From the NCBI GenBank assembly GCA_964106645.2, contig OZ067041.1: a stretch of 64,000 bases of DNA; one strand, written 5' to 3'. Positions 38,201 through 50,251 of the stretch are shown piece after piece. The DNA comes from Podarcis pityusensis (Eukaryota). Each line of letters begins with the position of its first letter. Positions within the stretch are counted from its first letter, which is position 1. The notes below the pieces were generated by a model. That model saw only the letters and a list, made by a program, of their open reading frames with translations. It had not been told where the DNA came from and ran no database searches. Made by a program: the position numbers and the translations under genes.

Positions 38201-39166
38201 GGCAGTGAACCTTTCGACCATCTCTCATAGTGAAACAACTTGCAGCAGAATCCTGTGTTTACTCAAGAGTTAGTCACATTGCTTCCAATACAGATTACTC
38301 TCAAGATAAGTGTGCACAGGATTGCAGCTCTAACTTTTAAAAATGTTGCTACAAAAAATTATTGAATGCTTTCTCACTCAAAACCTTAAATCCTGCAATC
38401 CAAGTAACTGCCCACTGGGGCCAGGATAAACAGCTATTTAAGATTGACAATACATAATTAAGATTAAAACCATGCCAAAGGGAAATTTTAGTATCAATGA
38501 GGAGCTACATTAAGCCCCTTCTTTTGAAAACTCTTGATATGTTCTCCAACCTTATAGAAATCGGTTACAGGTGAAAGGGGCAGGAAGACACAACCAGGCA
38601 GGCTCCATGTATGCAGGTTTATTTCCTAACATAAAATCTACAGGCAATTCAGTGACACTAGGCAAATAGCAAAAGCCCTTAAAATATTTATATTAGCTTT
38701 GATTTTTTTAAAGAAAAATCACTTTAAAGATGAGAACTAGAACAAGACCCTATCACCTACCATTACTGCTTTATGAAAAAAGGGTTTTAGTGAAGCAAAA
38801 CATGGGCTGGTGATCTCATAAAAATATATATGTACATATAAAAAAATCTATTCTGCATCTGAATTTCAGAACAAGTCCTCCCAAGTAGTGCTTCTAGAAC
38901 TTTCAAGTTTTAGTATATAATTTATTAATTTTCAAATGACACATTTAAATTAAATCAACTCTTCAGCTGGTACCTTCCCAGATGTCAGACTCCACTAACA
39001 TAGTAACAGGCTACTTATTGAAAAGAAGCTTTCCTCTGCCGACACATAAAGCAGTAGAATGTTACAGTTTTAATATATTAGAGTGGCACCCACTGAATCA
39101 TATTTGATCTATTATTACTTCAAGTTAAGTTAGAACTATATATGGCTGGAAAGTAAAACAAAATAG

Positions 39167-39772
39167 TCAACAGCATGATGAGCTAGGCTTGGGCTTCCGG
39201 TGAAGGTTTACTGTATCAGTTTGAATCAAGTGATCTGACCTATCATCAGTGGCAAGAACTCTTCGAACAGCTTCCTCAAAGGCTGCAGCAACATTAATGG
39301 CATCTTTTGCACTGGTTTCAAAGTAAGGATGGTTGCCGTTGTTCCTGCACCAGTTCTGGACTTCTTCTGTAGACACTTGCCTCTCGCTAATATCAACTTT
39401 GTTTCCCAGTATCACAAAAGGAAACGTTTCAGGCTCTTTGACATCCGCATAGTAAATGAATTCTTTCTTCCAATTGCCCAGATTCTGGAAGCTCTGAGAG
39501 TCATCTACGCTGAAAGTGAGAAGGCAGCAGTCAGAACCTCTATAGAAAGGAGTCCGCAAGCTCCTAAAACGTTCTTGACCAGCCGTGTCCCATATCTGCA
39601 TTGTGACAAAGTGTCCATCCACTTCCAGGTCTTTATTTAAAAACTCGACACCTATTGTGTGGAACAGCTCTGTGTCAAACTTGTTAGTGACGTATCTGTT
39701 CATAATCGAACTCTTGCCCACTCCTCCATCGCCAAGAAGGATTACTTTAAGGAGCGTTGATTTTGCTGACAT
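39167..39772 (-). CDS. RAB9A: Ras-related protein Rab-9A (single coding exon; exon acceptor at 39810)
   Basis: GDGGVGKS, WDTAGQERFRSLRTPFYRG, NKVD, ETSAK and C-terminal CC prenylation motif; 201 aa; lies between TRAPPC2 and TCEANC; minus-strand AATAAA at 38921 and 38618. Confidence 0.97.
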   Translation of the reverse strand: MSAKSTLLKVILLGDGGVGKSSIMNRYVTNKFDTELFHTIGVEFLNKDLEVDGHFVTMQIWDTAGQERFRSLRTPFYRGSDCCLLTFSVDDSQSFQNLGNWKKEFIYYADVKEPETFPFVILGNKVDISERQVSTEEVQNWCRNNGNHPYFETSAKDAINVAAAFEEAVRRVLATDDRSDHLIQTDTVNLHRKPKPSSSCC

Positions 39773-42700
39773 TGTTGCTTCAAGAACAGATATTTTCTTA
39801 TGTCCAGTTCTGCAAAATAGAACAGATCTTGTTCATACAAAGAAATTCCCACTTGTTACACAAATATCTATTTGATATGGGATTTACTTATTTATTATAA
39901 CTGGCCCTTCCTCACAAAAGAGCTGAGGCTAGCAGTATTCATAAATTCATCCATTAAAATCAGTTCAAAAATAATAGATAGATTTAAATGCAATATAACT
40001 GTAAGCAACAACATAGACAGATAAAGCTCTTCTACTATATGCTAAAGGTCTGCTGTAAATGTTAGCAATTAAATCAAGGGCACTTTAGTTGCTTTCTAAA
40101 GTTTAGTCACAAATGGTAGATTGATTTTAATTATACTAAAATCATTCTGTGAATGAGAAATTATCATGCTATACAAACTGACTGCATGCTAACAGCCAGG
40201 CTGCCAGTATAAGATCAGGCTTGCTCTCGTCTCCATCCACCCAGACGTCTTACAACCACCATGACCACTGTTAAACTAACTCCATCCTGCTTTTGAACTG
40301 ACCTGATCCTCATGAAGCATCTCAGAAAACAGTGGTAATATGAACAGTTCCTAATATTTGTCTAAAGGGAAATTTCTGGGATTTACCAGTATTCTGCCAA
40401 GCAACCACTTCTGCCATATTTCCTGATACACCCTCCTCCCCTCGATCTTTCCTGTACTTGAAATTTTAGAAATGCAGAAGACATCTAATATTACAAGCAT
40501 ATGAAACACTTACCAAATAAGCTACCCTTACTGTTCAGTCATTGTAATCCAACACCTGTAAAAAAGAGAGACATTGTATTCACTTTTAGACACAGTAATG
40601 CCATGCACTTTAAAAACCCTCAACAACTACTAAGGCTGTACACCAGCAAAGGTGCCTTTAGATGTAGTGTGCAACTCTTACCAGTGGAGAGGCCTACAGA
40701 CAGGAAAACACTTACATCTCAGGAGGATCACCTAGTACACCCACAGAAAGCTCAGTAGGTGCAGGTATAGCATTGGAAGTGTATCTCTGGTAGGAAAGCT
40801 TGAAAGTGGGCAGATCACAAAAGCCCCTGGATCTGCAGGGATCCAAAAAGCTTTCATTCCACCAACATGCCCTATATATCCCCTCCCATTTGTGTTTTTA
40901 GGAGGAAAACTTTTTAAAAGTCAAAATTAGAGAAGAACAAGAAAAGCCAAACTCCCAAACCCCCTGGCAGAGCAACGAAGCAGGGCTTAGGCAGTGGCAG
41001 TAGCTTGATCACAGAATATCCCCCCCCCCCCCACTTAAGATTACTTGGCAAATAATAAGTTATTGTGTAATCATGGTAAGCTTAACCCCCCTTTTTTTGA
41101 GGAAGTGAAACGTTCACGTGCTGCTTTTTAGAATAACTAGATGGAAAAGAGGAAGCAGAAAACCAAGGTATGCTTTCATTGTATGCTAGTAAGTTGAGGT
41201 TTGGGGGGAAGCAGAGCAGAACAGAACAGAAAAATGTAAAGGTGCATTTTCTATAAAAATAAATAAATGTGGGAGCAGTTATTTTAAGAGCTGACTTTGG
41301 GAATATAAGTAATGCCAACTACACAGGCAACACTGAATAGCTTTGGGAGTCCAGTCACAGATACTGAGCTTTTGTGCAGGGCAAGGCAGATATGAAAAAG
41401 ACTGGACATGGAGGACAGAATCACAAACTGAAGCAGTGTCTTCTTAGTATAAACCAAAATGGTTCGAGCAAGTCTCTACAACAGGTGGGGAAACTTTGGC
41501 CCTCCAGAAGTTGCTCAACTGCAGATCCCATCATTGCTACCACTGACCATGGTTTTGGGGACTGATACAACTGGAAGACTATAGGAGCCCCACTCCTGCT
41601 CTATAATTTCACTTAAAGCACATGCCACACTGCAAATATGTGAATATTAGCATAAGCATCAACAGATTTACATGTATTAGACTGTCCCCTCCAAAGTCCA
41701 GATCATATCGTATTTTGATTTGTAATGTTACTTTAATGCCATAATTTGAACTACCTGCATTTCATACATATTTAGCCGTTTAATGTTTTGTAAACCACCC
41801 TGATGTTTTTACCTTTAAGGGTAGATTTTTTTTTAATATTGCACTCTACCTTTCTGAAGAAACTAATGGTTTTCATGTTATTCCAAGCATTTTATTCTTT
41901 ATAGTCTAGTTCTTATGCCTTTTTAATGTAAGTGATTATATACCTGGAAATAAAAACACAAATCTATACATGTCTACCCAAAAGAAAGCTGTACCAAATC
42001 ACAGCACTGCAGCCTCAGTTTAATTAAAATTGTAGTACTTCTTGAGTAATCATTGACAGGATTAAGATGTATGACAGGATTAGGCTGTTCATGTTTCAGG
42101 TCTATAGCCTTATTGCTTCTCTTATCAAACTTTGTTCAAGTAACCAGATGAAGAAGTAGTAGAAAGGCACTTTGCAGGGGTGTGAAAGGTAATTCAGTGT
42201 TGGGGGGATTTAACTCACTATATTATTTTAACCCACTATATTATTTTTCCCCAGGTAAAAAAAAAAATCTAACTACTTACAAATCACTTCAAGGGTGCTT
42301 TGTAATTTCGACTTATAACAATATATTCTGTAGCACCAAATTATTTGTTAAATGAGATTTACTTTAAAGGCAGTCAAAGTACTTCAGATGTTCTGTAAAG
42401 TATGTAAACAAGTATGTTTGACTACTGAAAGCTAGGGGTTAGGATTACTTTGAAATTCAGAATACCAGCTATCAGGTGTGCTGGACTCTTTTTAAACTGA
42501 GATCTGGGGTTTCGGTCCACTTATTTATGAATGTCTAATTTAATACCAAATAAAGCTAGAAACACGCATGAGTGTATAGGAATATTTAAAACAGTGATGT
42601 CTGTTGGGTTTCTAAGTTCCCACTGAAGTTAAAGAGGAATTTAAGTCATACATGTGCAGGATTATAGCTTATGTGTTTTTCTTGATAGGCAAATCTGATA

Positions 42701-44889
42701 GCACTAATTGAAACAGTCCAGTCATGCTTCGAGAAGAAAGCTGGATTTACAGACTCCCATGGTGCAAGCCTGGTCTCTCATAGATAAGAAAATCCTATCA
42801 GCAGCATGTACCTTTACCTCATCAGATCACAAGGCCCCATTCACCATCACCATCCCCCTCTTGTCTGGATCAAGCTATTCCAGAGGAACTTAAAAACTGA
42901 AGAGCCTGTATTCAAGAAGCGCTAGTTCGAGGGACTAGAAAGTTAAGGCCCAATATACTACCTGTACCATATCACAAAATCCATGGCCAGCTATAAATAC
43001 GCACTAGATGTGGAGAGCAAATGGCACACATTACAGGAATTTAAAGCTATTTAATCACTGACTCGGAAAATAGGACCATAAAAATCTAAAACCAGAAGGT
43101 TTTTGTCCTTCTGGTGAAATAAAGCAAAACTTGATGCAATCATTTACACATCAGAACCTGTTCCTCAAAGCTTCCCCAAAGGCTTAAGCATTTTTTTCAA
43201 ATCTATGTTATCTATAATAGCTTTTGTGCCTACTATCAGATTCCTTTTCCCTCCTCATGACTTAATTACACGAGTCAGAGCTTCCAATAAAAATATTGGT
43301 GAAATTACAATGGCTGCTCACACTGTGGTGTTGCAGCTCCAGCCCAGTGGAATCAGTAACCAGCTGAAATTTGAAAGTGGCCCAACATCTTGATATTTAG
43401 GGGGGAAACTGAAGATGTTTTAGTTTAAGTTTTCCCACAAATGACTCAGTCATTTTATGGAATATTAATTCTACAATTGTAGAATTAGGGTTAGTCTTTT
43501 TGGAGTCTCTCTCTTGTATTTTAACTCACTTTATCTTATTGTACGCCACTTCAATAGCTTCTGGTTGTGAGGCAATTTCTAAATATGTAAGATAAAATTT
43601 TAAAATATGTACAGCTGGGAAATGATGATACGGCAACCCTGCTGAAACTAGGCAAGTCTGGGTCTGGTCAGTGCCTAGAAACTCCATGGTAAGACACCTT
43701 AAGTTCCATGATGAAATGAAGGTGGGATAAAAGTGTACTAAACAAATACTAATTCTATCCACAAATGAATACTGCAGACACTCATAAACATTCTTTAAGC
43801 AGCAGGAATGAAGTGTCATGTGTTCAAGAAAACAAGCACCTGCAATTTCCCCACTCCTGGTTGTATGGCAGGAGTGTGTTAACATAACACAACTTTAGCA
43901 ATAGGTTTGTCAGACTTCTGACACCCCACCTCCACCCCACATTAGTGATTTGTGCAATTTAAAAGTGGGATCTCCCCCCCCCCACACACACACCGGCAGC
44001 TTGATCTTTTCAGAGATTTTTTTAGAAGTTGACATAAAATATTTCCCCTCCAATTTTAGATTTAAGTTGCAGACAGGCAAGGTTAGCTTAAGTATAAGGA
44101 AGTACTTTTTAACTAGGTACAGTGAGGCAATGTACTAAGCGGCCTAGGAAAACAGTAGAATATCCTTCACTGGAAGTTTTGGCATAATGAAGTTTATCTA
44201 CAAAGCTTCTTCACCCTAGGATAACTATGAATCTGACACAAGGAAACCAGAGCTGTTCGGTTACAGGCTCAGAAAACAGGGCTAGAGAAACTTAAGTCAG
44301 ACCATTGTGTCTTGAAGAATTTTGAAGTTAAGCAGCACTCAGGGTAGTCCTTTACATACCACAAAGTTGCACCTTCATTCAAGTGGCTTTCCAACACAAT
44401 CAAGAATTACTTTTACGCAATATTCTGAAAAAAAATGTTTTGAAACTCTTATCCTTGCTAAGGACAAACACCCTACATTTCCCTGTTCTTCCATATGACA
44501 GAAACAACCAAAAAATTCTTAACAGTTTTAAACCAACCCACAGCAGTTATTTGCCACACAGCTAGATAGACCCAGTACTTCATCTCAATTGGCACTGGAT
44601 AAGCAGAAAGCAAAAGCTCTTTGTTTTCATGCACAGGTAGGAAGACTTTGTTCACAAAAAACCAGACGAGCAGCCAAGTAAATGGTATCATACATCATCC
44701 TCAAATGGGAAGGTATGGGGATTTTCCACATGAAAAGCGCCAGAAAAAAATGAAGGCAGACAAAGGGGACATACATAAGAAGCGGAGCTGTCCTTTGAGC
44801 AGTCCAGTGACTTTAATCAGTTCTGAGAAACTGCCCTAGGGAGAAACTGGTCATGTGCCAGCCGATAAGTATAGAAGAGCAGCTATTTC

Positions 44890-45930
44890 TCAAGCGAACC
44901 GCCGCCGCCTGCCTCTCCATCACGGGATCTTTAATCACGCCACCTTTTGCAAGTCAGGCAGGAAAACAGGCGGGCAGCATCAGCCGCCTGAGACCCCAGC
45001 CCCCCTCCTCCTCCTGCTCCGAGGAAGTTTCACGAAGCACCTCCATAGGGAAAAGCTTCTCTCGTCACTGCGCAGGAAACGAGCCCATGGCGAAAGGTGC
45101 GGACCCTGACACCACCCCACAAAACAACAACGCCCCCTCTCTAGTACCGCAGTCCTACCGCGGGCTTCAAATCAATGAAATATATATACCCATTGCACGG
45201 CTGGGTAGCCTGAGGAAGCGATTTAAACTCGGCTTACTTACCCTGCAAAACAACCACTCTTTTTGGGGGGGGGAGGGGGGAGTCGCTGGCTCCCTTTTTT
45301 GCGACAAGGGGACCCCCAGCCACCCAAAAGCCAAGAAGCAGAACCAGGGCAGCCCTACAGCATCCCTCCCCAGCAAGCAAGGCATGAACCGGCTGCTAGC
45401 CCAGCTTGCCCGGTCCCGTAAAGCCCCCCGTGTCCCCCCGAAAGCCAACGGAGACCGCCTTCCTCCTCCTCCTCCTCCTTTCCGCCCGCCGCCCGGAGGA
45501 AAGGGGCCCGGCGCTCGCTCGCGCCCACCTACCTACCACGAAGGCGGCGAGGGGCGAAGACGAGGCTCTCCGAGTCACCCGCAGCCGCCGTTCGCAAAGG
45601 TGCCAGGGGTGGTGGGGGAGGGGCCGCTTCGGAGGAGAAAAAAACAACATGGCGGAGGCTGCGCCACGGGGGCGGGGCCTGTCGTTCACGTGACGCCAGG
45701 GGAAGGGCAGCCGCAACTCCGTCCGGAGCGGACGGGCTGGCTGTTGCTAGGGAGGGGCTGTTGCTAGGGAGAGAGGGGCCTCCCCCCCCCCGCTTCTCAC
45801 GCCCCACCCCGGGGTAGAGTACCATTTCACGGGAAATGCCACTTAGCAGCAGCCACATATTTGTCCGTAATATTGTCTGTGGCACCTGAAATGGGCTGCG
45901 CGCTTTGGGCTGCCCCTTTTCCCATAAGCT
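44890..45930 (-). promoter_or_regulatory. RAB9A: RAB9A CpG-island promoter and non-coding first exon
   Basis: CpG-rich; donor cluster GTG-gtaggtaggtgggc near 45523-45539 on minus; YY1-like AACATGGCGG at 45646-45655; GC box near 45670; TCACGTGAC at 45686-45694. Confidence 0.8.
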
Positions 45931-46972
45931 GCGGGGCTGAAAAAAGGCCTCTCCTCTGTCTGTCCTCATCCACCTTCAGTGTTATGCAGTTGTTGGCACT
46001 GTTGACTTCCTCTCGGTTTAGATGTCAACAACTGCGGTCTTACCTGGTTCATCTCCCATCAGATCACTCATTCAAAGTTTCCCCCCAAAGGTAGCTCTCA
46101 ACTTTTCCCCTTTCTGGCTGCTTGCAGATGAGTGTTTATTGTGAGACTGGTGTTTCCTCATGCAATATTTTTTTTCTCCACTTGGCATTCACTTGGCATA
46201 GTTGCCTATCTCTATTTTTCCAGATTTTGCTTTCTGGGGATTTTTTTTTTTAAAAAGCAACAACAACCTGTTGCCAATTACCTGTTTGCAGTATCTGAAT
46301 AATCTGTTTACAATATTAAGCAATACTGGGGTTCCTCAAGTCTGTTTTCAAATATTCAACAAATATTTGCCCTTCACATTTACATTCAGAGCCTTGGAAG
46401 GATGCCTACAAATTGACGATGAAAGCCTTTGTTTACCTAGTCATATTGTCCAATTGGATTCCCATCAACTGAGTTCAAGTAAATTAATTCTAGTTAGCGC
46501 AACTGAATTTGAACATTAATTGGGAACGGGATGCAGCCTAAATGAACTCACATGGACTTAACATTTTCTTTCCTCAAATAATGACTACAAGAGGCTAATG
46601 ACCGTTTATATGCAGTAGTAAGTAAAAACACACTTTTGATTTCAGGTTCATATCTGCAAAATAGTGATAATGATGTCTAGATGGCTGAAAGGGTTTTGTG
46701 GCACTGTGGAGACTACCGATTTATTATAGCAGAAGCTTTCATGGACTACAGACCACTTCATCAAATATATAAAGTGTCATCCTGTGTTGCAGGTATACAC
46801 AGGGAAAGAAAGGGAAAGGGATTGTAAGCAGTCAAGTCAGAGGAAAATGAAATGCAGAAAAGTACATATGGAGAGAATTATGTGACTAACATCAGGTCAG
46901 GTTTTAAGCAGAGGTTGAATGGCCATGGCTTCTTTAGTCAAGATTCCTGCATTGCAGGGGAATGGACTAGGC

Positions 46973-47252
46973 CAGGGGCCGGCAACCTAAGGCCCATGGG
47001 CCACAAGCGGCCCATGGGGTCGTTTAACTGGCCCATGGACCCCCACCGCCCACTTGGGGACCCCTGCCACCTGGTTGGTCAGCTCCTCTGCACCGCACTA
47101 AACCGGAACTCCTGCAGCCAATGGGAAGTTGTGCACGCCTCCTCTGCGCCGGAAATAGCATTTGCATGTTCATGCATGCACACAGTCCGGCCCACTGCTG
47201 TGTCTGAGGGACCGTGAACCGGCCCAAGCCACACAAACTTTGCCAACCCCTG
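46973..47252. mobile_element. hAT-type MITE nested in a CR1-type 3' tail fragment (about 46940-47295)
   Basis: Ends CAGGGGCCGGCAA / TTGCCAACCCCTG; TSD GACTAGGC/GACTAGAC; flanks rejoin as agattcctgcattgcagggg..ggactaga..ggtcctttccaactctatgattct. Confidence 0.8.
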
Positions 47253-48340
47253 GACTAGACAGCCCGCAAGGTCCTTTCCAACTCTATGATTCTAACACTG
47301 GCCATTCACACAAAAAGGTTACTGTTAACACAGATGTCCTGGCACTAGAAAACAAATTAACATATGCAGTGTGATAATCTAACGTCTTTATTCAGCCCAC
47401 AAGTCACAGCACTGAACCTCTTGATGAATTGTAATTCAGCTGTTTCATGTAATTACAATTCATCAGAAGGTTGAATGCCAGTCAGCACGAGTGTAAGTGA
47501 GCTGTGAAGAAGAATCAGGGACAGGACACTCAGTTCCTTTTTCTGAAGAACATAAGATGCCCTTTGCAACATCATTTGTTAGACATTTGGGACATTCACT
47601 CCATGACATAGCATGCTAGAGAATATTAAGCAGTGCATATTTATTTTGCTAAGATTAAGCACTGGAATAATGTTAGATGATGTGAAAAACCATAGTTCAG
47701 GACGAAAGCATATGCTTCTCGGGTGCATGGTTCAGATGGTAAGAGCAACCGTGACAAAGAAAAAACATTTAGACACATCATTGGTTAAAACACAAAGCAT
47801 CTCTTTTGTTGCTTATTATATAACAGGAATGCAGAGCCAGCCCACCCATGAGGCAAGGTGAGATGGCAGGATCCATAGGGGCAGCATATTCCAATATAGC
47901 TCTTCTTTCTTTCCTTGTTCCTGTTTATTATTTATTAGATTTCTATATCACCCTTCATCTAAGGATATCAGGGCAGTTTACAATACCAAAACACAAAAAT
48001 GCATAACACAGTAACAAACAAAAACATTAAAACCCATGCATTGTTTAAAAGGCCATTGATTGTTTAATTAGTCAAAGGCCTGTTGTAGATCTTCACTCAT
48101 CCCTTCTTCCCTGGTGGGAAGAGGGACGCAGCATTTTGTGGGTTCACCTCAGGTGCTAAAAAGTCTAGGAAGGGGTATCCATTGGTAATATGCTGCCCTG
48201 TGCGAGGCCATTTGATGCCCTCCTCCCCAGCCCTTGCAAATGCACCACTTTCAGTACCCTAAATCCACCACGCTAGTCCTGCAAGAAAGCTTATAGCTTA
48301 ACACTGTCTCCTTCCACTTTTCATTATAAGCACTCTGTTT

Positions 48341-48856
48341 AAGGGATGCAGGTGGCGCTGTGGTCTAAACCACTGAGCCTCTTGGGCTTACCGATCAGAA
48401 GGTCGGTGGTTCGAATCCCCACGATGGGGTGAGCTCCTGTTGCTTGGTCCCAGCTCCTGCCAACCTAGCAGTTCGAAAGCACGCCAAAAGTGAAAAAAAT
48501 TTTAACGAAAGATTTGCAGAGAAACTGAGGGAAGTCAAAAATTGATGAATGTGAGAGTTAATATGAGTTGATTGTATAAAAATGTTTGGAAAATGAATAA
48601 AAAATTATTATAAAAAAAAAGAAAGCACGCCAAAAGTGCAAGTAGATAAATAGGTACTGCTCTGGCAGGAAGGTAAACGGCGTTTCCATGCGCTGCTCTG
48701 GTTTCGCCAGAAGTGTCTTAGTCATGCTAGCCACATGACTCGGAAAAACTGTCTGCGGACAAACGCCAGCTCCCTCAGCCTGTAAAGCAAGATGAGCGCT
48801 GCAACCCCAGAGTCATCTGCAACTGGACTTAACTGTGAAGGGTCCTTTACCTTTTT
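48341..48856 (+). mobile_element. Sauria SINE, near full length, interrupted by a retro-insertion
   Basis: tRNA-like head (GTGGCGCTGTGG A-box, GGTTCGAATCC B-box), body gcagttcgaaagcac...gtagataaataggtac, ACCTTT-type tail. Confidence 0.88.
48493..48620 (+). mobile_element. 5'-truncated poly(A) retro-insertion (L1-like 3' end)
   Basis: AATAAA followed by an A-tail; flanked by the 18-bp direct repeat GAAAGCACGCCAAAAGTG (48475-48492 and 48621-48638). Confidence 0.8.
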
Positions 48857-50251
48857 TAATAAATTCACTCTTGCCTAATGGTGCAGCCAACTTTGAATGT
48901 GGAGCAAGAGCTGTAGCTATGAAATTGAGTCATCATGCTGAATCATAGCACTAACCATGCCATGCTAACCTCTTAAAATCATGGTCTCTTATTCTGTTTG
49001 TTGGCCAGTCTAAGCCCCACAAGGAAGTGATCTGACCTCGACAATAGGTTCAAAGTAACCCCCTTCAACCTTCAAATTACAAAAAACTTGATCAGTTGAA
49101 AAACATGAACTCCAAAGTACACCCTGCTGAGTGTGTATAACAGGCTAAAATACATCCATGATTGTCACAGTGGTCATGAAGTAAGTCCTAAGACAGCCTC
49201 AGTGAGAATGTCGAGATCCTCCATAACAATAATTTTGGCAGTTTCCAACACCGTACTCAAAACTACTTCCGCCAATTCTAGAAGGGAAACTGAAGGACAG
49301 TGGTATGGTTGACATACCAGCAAAATCTCTAATCTGTCTCTCAGATCCGTCACAAAAGTACAAATGCTCAAGATAAGAGCTTGACAATATGTAAAATAAG
49401 TGCTGTGCTGAATTTCCACACTCAGAAGTTTCAGGACTCCTTTTGCTTTCCCCTTACCATTTTAAAGGCTTCCTTCTTTATTGCGATCCCAACCAATCCT
49501 GTAATGAACATGAAAGCACAACATAACTTTAAAACTCTGGCTACATGACAAAGCCACTCCTTTGTCCTCAGTCTGAACTGATATGAAGGGGAAGTTATAT
49601 CTCCATTGTCAAGGCAACCACACCACTTTGGCAAAATACAGGATCCTTGTCATGCCACATTGCAAGGACGCCATCCCTGCTCCCAAATGCTTCTTATTCT
49701 ATTTTGCATCTTTGAGCTACCACTCCATGGAGGAAAAAGCTAAGGGGTTAGGATTTCAATTAGTGTTTCTAAAGTTCATAAAACTCCTTTCTGTATTTTG
49801 GTCCAGTATTACATAAAATGAGTACAGATTTTAAAAATCAGTCTTGATAAAAGTTTTAACAAATACCGGTATATGCTTGAAAATTATTATAGTGACATCA
49901 GTCTTAATTAAGAAGTGGGGAGTACTGAGTCATATTCTGATTTATTAATAATATTTACTATTACAATTTATTTACCTGCCCTTCACCCTAAGGTTCCAGT
50001 TTACTTTTTACAACAATTTATTTTTTACAACAATTAAAACACAACATTAATATTAAAACACAATATTAAAAATAGTTTAAAGCAACTTAAACTTTGATCT
50101 CTCAAATAGTTTTATAATCATTTTACTTCATAATGCTCATCCACTTTTTATTGCATTACAGCACTTTAAATATTCCTTATTCAGATAGCTGTACTTTGGT
50201 AATTTCATATTCATATCTCCTCTGAAGACGTAGGGATTAAAGGATGCATAA

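Noticed and set aside
44853-45969. 304-aa and other overlapping ORFs
   Set aside because: Low-complexity Pro/Gly/Arg ORFs produced by the stop-poor RAB9A CpG island; no recognisable domain
48341-48430. tRNA gene
   Set aside because: A and B boxes belong to a SINE head; no cloverleaf and no terminator; same for 54580-54658 and 61790-61853
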